64,000 nt of DNA, taken from positions 1 through 64,000 of the forward strand of contig CAZPQW010000013.1 of the NCBI GenBank assembly GCA_964588985.1. The letters are read 5' to 3'. Shown here in pieces: positions 57,230-64,000 of the stretch. The notes beneath the pieces were generated by a model. That model saw nothing but the letters and a program-made list of their open reading frames with translations, searched no databases and was not told where the DNA came from. The DNA is from an uncultured Solirubrobacteraceae bacterium. GTDB lineage: Bacteria > Actinomycetota > Thermoleophilia > Solirubrobacterales > Solirubrobacteraceae. Every line of letters starts with the position of its first letter. The first letter of the stretch is position 1. Both the position numbers and the translations under genes were made by a program.

Positions 57230-59434
57230 TCAGTGACTGAGGGTGAAGCTGCTGAGCACGGTCGTGCTCACCGGATTGCCCGGTGTCGCGTTGTGCACTG
57301 TCAGTCGCAGCATCAGCTTGATCTTGTGCACGCGCGCGAGACGGGAAGCAGTGCGCTTCGAGAACTGGATCTTCACCGCGCTACGGCCGCCCTTGGTCGT
57401 GACGAGGATCGCTTTGGCGATCACCAGCTCGGGCGGCGTCCCTGCCGGGAGGCCCACCGCCGGCGTGCCAGCGATGTGCAGTCGTTTTGCTGTGGCGCTG
57501 TCGAGCAGCACCTCGAAGCGACCGGCGACCTGCTCGTTTACCGAGTAGCGCACGACGAGACCTTTGCGCAGCACGGTTTTAAGCGAGCGCGATATGACCG
57601 CCGCGGCTGCGATGGGGTTCACCGCCGTCAGGCCGGGGGTACCGCTCCCGGAGGTCTGTCCGGAGCCGCTGCCAGAGCCGGGCGGGGACGTGGGAGCTGG
57701 CGGGCCGTTGACGGTGATGAGCTGACTGGTGGTGCCGACGTTGCCGCCGACATCTGTCACCGTCAGCGTCACGGTGTACGTGCCGCCGTACTGATATGCG
57801 TGAAACACGCTCGCCGCACAGGGGCTCTGCCAGGGGAATTCGCAGGTGGGGGTGCCTGGAGCATAGCCCTTCACTTCGGTGCTGCCATCGCCGAAGTTCC
57901 ACGCGTAGGTCGCGTAGTTCGGTTCTGTAGCGCCTCCGGGGGAGTAGCGAATACCCGCGTTCAGGGATATGTTCGACTCCATGCCGTCGAACCCGACTGT
58001 TTCACCTGAGTTCACGGGGTTCGGCGCGGTGAACTGAGGAATCAGGTTGTCACCGGCAATGCATGGAACTCCAGGGTAGATGAGGTCCAGCGCGGCGAGG
58101 TTGAAGGCATTGTCCAAGTAGTATTTGCCGCCGCCTATCACCTGGTTGGAGAGCGTGCCGGCGAGGGACCCCGGCAAGGCCGTGGCGCTGCCTTCGGGCT
58201 TGCCGGAGGAGAAGTGGTTGCGACACTCGTCCGTCGCCTCGTTGTTGGCCGAGTCCTGCCATGCGTTCAGCAGCGGGTTGGTGACGACATTCTGCTGCTC
58301 CATCGCGATCTGATTGATGATCAGGTCGGCGAGTCCCGTGTCACACCACCCGTCATAGCTGGGGCAGGGAGTGACCTGGTTCGGCTCCTGCTCGTGGGGT
58401 CCTGTGAGCGCGAGAGCTTCGAGCTCTTCCCTTTTCTGCACTTTGGTCTTTTCTTCGTATTCTTCGACTTCCTTTTTGGTGAGTTCCGCTTCGGTCTCCT
58501 TGGACTCACCTTTGGTGGGGTCGAAGGCGCCGTCCTGACAGTCGTAGGCTGGCTTCTGGTCTTCTTCACTGAGCTGGCCGTCCCCGTCGCCGCCGGCGGT
58601 CCACGGGATCATGCCGTACAGCACCGTGTTGGCGTCACCGGTCGGCGTTCCACCGGGGTTGATGTCGGAGTGATAGCTGCAGAAGCTGTGTTTGTAGCCG
58701 GGAGCGCCTTCGTAGTCGGAGCAGTGGGTAGCCGCTCCGTCGAGACAGACGGTGACACCCGGAGGCGTCAGCAAGTAGTAGATCGAGCTCATACCCGTGG
58801 GCAGGCTGTGCTGGGCGATAAATGCCTGCAGCTGTTCGCGAACCTGCTGGTCGGTGATACAGGTGATCGGCTTGATTTTCGAGAAGAGTTCTTCCTGCAG
58901 GGGGTCGGGGTCCGTGCAGCCCGCAGCCGGGTACTTTGCGGTGTCCGTGAACGCAGCCCGGTATGTGAAGTGATAGTAGGCGGGGTTGTTGGTCTTATCC
59001 GTGTATTGCGTGTCCACCGCGAAGTCGTTGCCGAGTGTGCCGCTGTCGGCGCCTACCCTTTGAAAAAAGCCATTGATGAGGTGCTGCCAGTCGCCGTGGT
59101 ACTGGTCGCCCGGGTCCCAGTAGATCGCGAAGACTTCGCTCTTGTGCAGAACCGGGTTGCCGGCGGGGTTCCCGAACGTCAGCGCCGCCGGCTGATATTT
59201 CAATTCGCCGATTTCAGGGGCTTCGAGCACGCCCTCCAAGACCGATTCCGCGTTGCGCGGCTGCAGCCCCACGGTCGTCGATTCGACCGTCGTCACGACG
59301 GCGAGCGCCGGCGCGGCGGCACCCAGCAGCGCCGCGGAGAACACCAGCGCACACGCGACGGCGAGCGAGCTGCGTCGGGTCGAGGTGGAGCGTAGGACGG
59401 CGAGAGGGGGAAACCGGCGCAGGGAGATGGTCAC
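57230..59434 (-). CDS. Secreted Cys-rich protein with PKD domain
   Basis: Signal peptide; YAWNFGDG...HAYQYGGTYTVTLTVTD PKD signature; N-terminal Phi-1/EXORDIUM-like region. Confidence 0.85.
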   Translation of the reverse strand: MTISLRRFPPLAVLRSTSTRRSSLAVACALVFSAALLGAAAPALAVVTTVESTTVGLQPRNAESVLEGVLEAPEIGELKYQPAALTFGNPAGNPVLHKSEVFAIYWDPGDQYHGDWQHLINGFFQRVGADSGTLGNDFAVDTQYTDKTNNPAYYHFTYRAAFTDTAKYPAAGCTDPDPLQEELFSKIKPITCITDQQVREQLQAFIAQHSLPTGMSSIYYLLTPPGVTVCLDGAATHCSDYEGAPGYKHSFCSYHSDINPGGTPTGDANTVLYGMIPWTAGGDGDGQLSEEDQKPAYDCQDGAFDPTKGESKETEAELTKKEVEEYEEKTKVQKREELEALALTGPHEQEPNQVTPCPSYDGWCDTGLADLIINQIAMEQQNVVTNPLLNAWQDSANNEATDECRNHFSSGKPEGSATALPGSLAGTLSNQVIGGGKYYLDNAFNLAALDLIYPGVPCIAGDNLIPQFTAPNPVNSGETVGFDGMESNISLNAGIRYSPGGATEPNYATYAWNFGDGSTEVKGYAPGTPTCEFPWQSPCAASVFHAYQYGGTYTVTLTVTDVGGNVGTTSQLITVNGPPAPTSPPGSGSGSGQTSGSGTPGLTAVNPIAAAAVISRSLKTVLRKGLVVRYSVNEQVAGRFEVLLDSATAKRLHIAGTPAVGLPAGTPPELVIAKAILVTTKGGRSAVKIQFSKRTASRLARVHKIKLMLRLTVHNATPGNPVSTTVLSSFTLSH

Positions 59435-59441
59435 GCCCCTC

Positions 59442-59470
59442 TAATCGGCAGGTGCGGCCGCTTTCCTTAG
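59442..59470 (-). promoter_or_regulatory. Sigma-28 (FliA/WhiG)-type promoter
   Basis: Minus strand CTAAGG-N15-GCCGATTA, 7 nt before the GTG at 59434. Confidence 0.6.
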
Positions 59471-59488
59471 CCGCCGTGGACGACTTCG

Positions 59489-60205
59489 CTAGTGCGCGCG
59501 CGCCGTTTTGAGCTTCGTCTTGGCCGCTGCAGCGCGCTGAGCACGGTAGGCGGAGAGCGCGCTCCTGTACGCCGACGCGAGGTCCGCGAGCGCTTCGTGG
59601 GAGGTTTGCCCGACCGAAGGCAGGTCTTCGGGGTTGGTCGCGCCGGTTGGCGAGATGCCGATCTCCAGGTGGGGCGCCGAAGAGATGCCGACCGTGCCGC
59701 AGCCCACGTCCGCGATCGGCTGGCCCGCGCTCACGTGCGCGCCCACGGGCACGAGGGCCGGGGCGGCGTGGCCGTAGTAGATGTACCTGCCCTGCTGCGG
59801 ACCGCTTTCCACGAGCAGCACCGGGGCCCACTTCCCGAACCCGTCGAGGCCCTCCTGCACGATCGTGCCGCTCGCCACCGCGAGCTCCTCCAGGTGAGAG
59901 CCGCACTGGTTGGCGGTCCCGCCGAGATCGACGCCCTGGTCCAGCGACCACCAGCCCCTGGGAGCGACGTGGGAGAGCGGGTACAGGGGAAAGACCCAGC
60001 CGCGCGCGCTCATCGGATAGGGGCTCCCCGCGAAGACCGGCGCCGAGGTCAGCGCGGTGCCACCGGCTTGGCTCGTGGCAGGCGCAGGAGCGGGGACGGC
60101 CGTGCCTCCGGTCAGCGCGGCCTGGGCCGCCTGCCCCCCGAGGGCCGAGGCCAGGAGCGAGATCAGCACGAGTGTGACCGCACGCGTCGCGTGACGCCGT
60201 CGCAA
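59489..60205 (-). CDS. Secreted M23-family peptidase-like protein
   Basis: Signal peptide; [37 protein letters not shown]. Confidence 0.85.
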   Translation of the reverse strand: MRRRHATRAVTLVLISLLASALGGQAAQAALTGGTAVPAPAPATSQAGGTALTSAPVFAGSPYPMSARGWVFPLYPLSHVAPRGWWSLDQGVDLGGTANQCGSHLEELAVASGTIVQEGLDGFGKWAPVLLVESGPQQGRYIYYGHAAPALVPVGAHVSAGQPIADVGCGTVGISSAPHLEIGISPTGATNPEDLPSVGQTSHEALADLASAYRSALSAYRAQRAAAAKTKLKTARAH

Positions 60206-60209
60206 AGCT

Positions 60210-60340
60210 ACCTCTCTTCGTCGGCCGACGGGGTTAGCTGACGGGCTAGCGAGACTTCGCCTTCCACGGATTCACCGCGGAACTCGCCCCAACAACTCGG
60301 TTCCCCCGCTCCCGAGCACATGCTCGAGATTGGGCGTGCG
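60210..60340 (-). ncRNA. Cyclic di-AMP riboswitch (ydaO/yuaA)
   Basis: Minus strand AATC...GGGGGAACC...TTGGGGCGA...CCCGTCAGCTAACCCCGTCGGC hallmarks upstream of a cell-wall enzyme; TAGTCT -10 element at 60343-60348. Confidence 0.9.
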
Positions 60341-60536
60341 CAAGACTAGCGTACCCGCACGGCGGATCGCCTCACACCCGCGCCGGCGCCGCTTGACAAC
60401 AGCTATTCATGCTGCCTGCCATCTGTCCAGATAGGACTGAAGTTGCCCAGCATCGGGTAGGGGTCACCGATCTTCGCGATGAACGTAAGCGTGCATACCG
60501 CAAGCGATCGCCATTTCGCATCGAAGAAGAAACCGA

Positions 60537-62879
60537 ATGTCTCAGAGACTCCTCCGCAGTCCGACCCCCGGTGCGGCTGCCATCGCCGTACTGCTCGTGC
60601 TTGCAGGCACCGTGGCGTCGGTGCTCGGCGCCAAATCGCTGGCGCGCTCCGACGCGGACAAGGAGCGGCTCGCGTTCCACCTCTCCTCCGCGGAGATCGC
60701 CTCGACGCTGAAGCTCGCGATCCAGCACGAGGAAGATCTCGTGGTCACCGCGAGCGCGTTCGTCACGGGCAACCCCCGCGCGAGCGCGGCCGACTTCGAC
60801 CGGTGGGCGGAATCGGTGAGCGCGATGCAGCGCTACCCGGAGCTGCTGGACATCGGCCTCGTCACGCTCGTGCCGGCGACGCGGATGAAGGCCTTCGAAG
60901 CGCGCATGGCCGCGGACCCGCTGCGTCCGCTGGGGCCGACCTCGAGGGTCCAGGGCGGCTTCGAAGTGCTGCCGCAGGGCGATCGCCCCTACTACTGCTT
61001 CGCCGTAGCCGGGCTGGCCCGCAACGCCAAGAGCTACCTGCCCGCGGGGCTGGACTACTGCGCGTCCGCTCCCGCGCTGCTGACCACGCGCGACAGCGGC
61101 CAGTCCAGCTACGCCCCGTTCCTGTTCAAAGGCGTGCAGACGCTCGGCGTCGAGACGCCCGTCTACCGCGGCGGATCGATTCCGCACACCACGGCCGCTC
61201 GACGGAGTGCGTTCTGGGGCTGGCTGGGAGAGCTGCTCGTTCCCGGCCTCGTGTTGGAACGGGCGCTCGAGGGTCACTCGAACGTGGCGGTGGTGTTCCG
61301 CTACAGCTCCGCCGCGTCGCACGTGGCGTTCACCAGCGGCCACGGGCTCGCGCACGCACAGCGCAACACAATCGACCTGCACAACGGCTGGACCGTCCAG
61401 ACCTTCGGCCCGGTGATCGCCAGCGGCGTCTTCGCGGACCGCAACGCGCTCGCGCTGCTGATCGGCGGCATCCTGTTCAGCACCGTGCTGGGCCTGCTGC
61501 TGCTGGTGCTCGCCACCGGGCGCAGGCGCGCGCTGGCGCTCGTGATGGAGAAGACACGCGAGCTCTCCCACCTGGCGCTGCACGACACCCTCACCGGTCT
61601 CCCCAACCGCGCGCTCGTGCTCGACCGCGCCGAGCAGGCGCTCGCTCGCGCGGCGCGTCAGCCGGGCACGATGGCGGGCGCGCTGTTCATCGACATCGAC
61701 GGCTTCAAGCACGTCAACGACAATCTCGGGCACGCCGCCGGGGACCGGTTGCTGCGGATCGTCGGGGAACGGCTGCAGGACACGGTCCGCGAACAGGACA
61801 CCGTCGGGCGCCTCGGCGGAGACGAGTTCGTGGTGCTGGTCGAGTCCACGGCCGGCGAGGCGACGCTCGACATCCTCGCCGAGCGACTGACGGAGGTTCT
61901 GCGCGAGCCGGTGGAGCTCGACGACGGACGCAAGATCTTCTCCGTCACCGCGAGCATCGGCGTCGCGATCGGCCAGTACGCGACGCCCGACGCGCTGCTG
62001 CGCGACGCGGATCTCGCGCTGTACGCGGCCAAGGCCGCCGGCAAGGACCGCTACGCGCTGTTCGACCCGAGCCTCTACGAGGGCGTCGAAGGTCGCCTCG
62101 AACTCGAAGCCGACCTCAGCGCGGCCGCCGACGCGGACCAGTTCTTCCTGCTCTACCAGCCGATCTTCGACCTTCCCAGCACGGGCATCGTGAGCGCCGA
62201 GGCTCTGATCCGCTGGCGCCACCCCACGCGCGGGATCGTGCCGCCGGACAGCTTCATCCCGCTCGCCGAGGAGACCGGCCTGATTGCGGCGATCGGGCGC
62301 TGGGTGCTCGACGAGGCCTGCCGCCAGGCGGCGACGTGGGCCGCGCAGGGCCTGCGCATCGGCATGTCGGTGAACGTGTCCGCGTACCAGCTCGGGCGCA
62401 AGGGCTTCGCCGAGGACGTGCGCCGCGCACTGGAGGAGTCGGGCCTGAGACCATCGAGGCTCACATTGGAGATCACCGAGACGACGCTGATGCGCGACGT
62501 GGGCGCCGCGTGCGAACGCCTCGAGGAGATCAAGGCGCTCGGGGTGCGCGTCGCGATCGACGACTTCGGCACCGGGTACGCCTCGCTCTCACACCTGCAG
62601 CGGATGCCAGTGGACGTGTTGAAGATCGACCGCACCTTCGTCGCGGCGCTGCACGACGGCGGACAGAGCCGCGAGCTGCTGCAGGCGATCATCGGGGTCG
62701 GCAAGGCGCTGTCGCTGGCGGTGGTGGCGGAGGGAATCGAGGACCGTGAGCAGATGGCCACGCTCGAAGAGATGGGGTGCGAGATGGCGCAGGGCTTCCT
62801 GCTGGGCCGCCCGAGCGAGAGCGAGGCGATCGAGGAGATGTTCAACGCCCACGCCGCGGGACGCTCCTCGAGCATGTGA
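60537..62879 (+). CDS. Membrane sensor (CHASE-like) diguanylate cyclase/phosphodiesterase
   Basis: Two TMs flanking a sensor domain; HDTLTGLPNR, RLGGDEF, EALIRW, LEITE, DDFGTGY, EGIE. Confidence 0.95.
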   Translation: MSQRLLRSPTPGAAAIAVLLVLAGTVASVLGAKSLARSDADKERLAFHLSSAEIASTLKLAIQHEEDLVVTASAFVTGNPRASAADFDRWAESVSAMQRYPELLDIGLVTLVPATRMKAFEARMAADPLRPLGPTSRVQGGFEVLPQGDRPYYCFAVAGLARNAKSYLPAGLDYCASAPALLTTRDSGQSSYAPFLFKGVQTLGVETPVYRGGSIPHTTAARRSAFWGWLGELLVPGLVLERALEGHSNVAVVFRYSSAASHVAFTSGHGLAHAQRNTIDLHNGWTVQTFGPVIASGVFADRNALALLIGGILFSTVLGLLLLVLATGRRRALALVMEKTRELSHLALHDTLTGLPNRALVLDRAEQALARAARQPGTMAGALFIDIDGFKHVNDNLGHAAGDRLLRIVGERLQDTVREQDTVGRLGGDEFVVLVESTAGEATLDILAERLTEVLREPVELDDGRKIFSVTASIGVAIGQYATPDALLRDADLALYAAKAAGKDRYALFDPSLYEGVEGRLELEADLSAAADADQFFLLYQPIFDLPSTGIVSAEALIRWRHPTRGIVPPDSFIPLAEETGLIAAIGRWVLDEACRQAATWAAQGLRIGMSVNVSAYQLGRKGFAEDVRRALEESGLRPSRLTLEITETTLMRDVGAACERLEEIKALGVRVAIDDFGTGYASLSHLQRMPVDVLKIDRTFVAALHDGGQSRELLQAIIGVGKALSLAVVAEGIEDREQMATLEEMGCEMAQGFLLGRPSESEAIEEMFNAHAAGRSSSM

Positions 62880-62972
62880 AGCACCCGGGTCGTTTACGGC
62901 CCCGCTCTTTATACTTGCGCTGCTTCGACCAGTCGATGGTCGACATGTCAACACCCCATTGAGGAGGTTCCG

Positions 62973-63875
62973 ATGAGCAAGCTGGTCGCCCGACTTGGCG
63001 TACCTGCGCTCACCGTTCTCGTGCTTGCCGGCTGCGGCAGTTCAAACAGCACGAGCTCGACGGCGACCACGACTGAAACGTCTGGGTCGAACAGCGCCAA
63101 CGCGGCAATCGCCGCACAGGTACCCGCAGCAATCAAATCCAAGGGCACGCTGACGGTTGCGGCCGACGCGACCTACGCGCCGAACGAGTTCATCGCCTCC
63201 GACGGTCACACCGTGGTCGGCATGGACGCGGACCTGATGCAGGCGCTGGGCACCGTGATGGGTCTGAAGGTGAAGATGGTGAACGCCACCTTCGACACGA
63301 TCATCCCCGGCTTGGCCGCCGGCAAGTACGACGTCGGCGCATCGTCTTTCACTGACACCAAGGAACGCGAGAAGACAGTCGACTTCGTCGACTACTTCTC
63401 CGCCGGCATCTCCTTCTACGCCAAGGCCGGCGCGAACACCGGCGTGAAAACGGTCGAAGACCTGTGCGGCAAGAAGGTCTCCGTGGAGAAGGGCACCACG
63501 GAGGAAGAAGAAGCGAAAGCCCAGGGCGGGAAGTGCACCAAAGCGGGCAAGCAGTCGGTGACGGTGCTCGTGTACCCGAACCAGAACGGCGCCAACCTCG
63601 CGATCTCGAGCGGTCGCGCGGAACTCGGCATGGCCGACTCGCCGATCGCCGCCTACCAGGTGAAGCAGTCGAGCGGCGCGTTTGCGCTCGTCGGCGAAAC
63701 CTACGGCGCAGCCCCGTACGGGCTCGCGATCCCCAAAGGCACCGGCATGACGACGCCGATCCTCGCGGCGCTGAAGACGCTGATCGCCAACGGCACCTAC
63801 ACGCAGATCCTCACCAAGTGGGGCGTGCAGGCGGGAGCGATAACGACGCCCGCGATCAACGGGGCGACGAGCTAG
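62973..63875 (+). CDS. Polar amino-acid ABC transporter substrate-binding lipoprotein
   Basis: LAGC lipobox; DATYAPNEF, FDTIIPGL, TDTKERE, LCGKKVSVEKGT; GAGGAGG RBS. Confidence 0.93.
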   Translation: MSKLVARLGVPALTVLVLAGCGSSNSTSSTATTTETSGSNSANAAIAAQVPAAIKSKGTLTVAADATYAPNEFIASDGHTVVGMDADLMQALGTVMGLKVKMVNATFDTIIPGLAAGKYDVGASSFTDTKEREKTVDFVDYFSAGISFYAKAGANTGVKTVEDLCGKKVSVEKGTTEEEEAKAQGGKCTKAGKQSVTVLVYPNQNGANLAISSGRAELGMADSPIAAYQVKQSSGAFALVGETYGAAPYGLAIPKGTGMTTPILAALKTLIANGTYTQILTKWGVQAGAITTPAINGATS

Positions 63876-63885
63876 CAGCAAGCCG

Positions 63886-64000
63886 GTGTCCTCCTCCGAG
63901 GCCACCAGCGGATCGGGACCGCCCGAGGAGATTCGGGCGGTCCCGGTTCGACGCCCCGGCCGCTGGATCGCGGCCGCGATCGTGGTGGTGGTCGCGGCCG
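63886..64000 (+). CDS. Amino-acid ABC permease (N-terminal fragment; runs off the window end)
   Basis: GTG...EEIRAVPVRRPGRWIAAAIVVVVAA, directly after the binding-protein gene. Confidence 0.7.
   Translation, partial: MSSSEATSGSGPPEEIRAVPVRRPGRWIAAAIVVVVAA

Noticed and set aside
60445-60471. Third sigma-28-like promoter before the GGDEF/EAL gene
   Set aside because: GCCCAG-N15-ACCGAT is too weak a match

Overview
This is a high-GC actinobacterial chromosome segment. Gene content and style suggest class Thermoleophilia / Solirubrobacterales, which is an inference. Most of the window is core genome: a partial SF2 helicase, pyrE, PBP1A, infA, thiL, treT-otsA, rpsF/ssb/rpsR/rplI/dnaB, purA, purU, tatC, a hemB-ahbAB-hemL-qcrABC-menG-prenyl synthase respiratory cluster, ymdB, ddl, cell-wall enzymes, a GGDEF/EAL protein and an amino-acid ABC transporter. 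There are two tRNAs (Arg-CCT and Lys-CTT). Each is followed at its 3' side by a compositionally atypical accessory stretch (about 5.2-10.7 kb and about 31.1-33.2 kb). A c-di-AMP (ydaO) riboswitch precedes an M23 gene. I see no integrase, transposase or CRISPR array. The best candidates for undescribed biology are: (1) a translationally coupled membrane protein + TM-GAF + micro-protein operon; (2) an HTH-MNT paired with a HEPN-like protein that lacks the RxxxxH motif; (3) a DnaC/DnaI-like loader coupled to dnaB behind a LexA-type box, with foreign-looking codon usage; (4) a degenerate M28 (GPAA1-like architecture) membrane protein co-operonic with a sortase, among GT-C glycosyltransferases; and (5) two candidate switchable RNA structures. 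All product calls come from motif recognition by eye, not from database searches.
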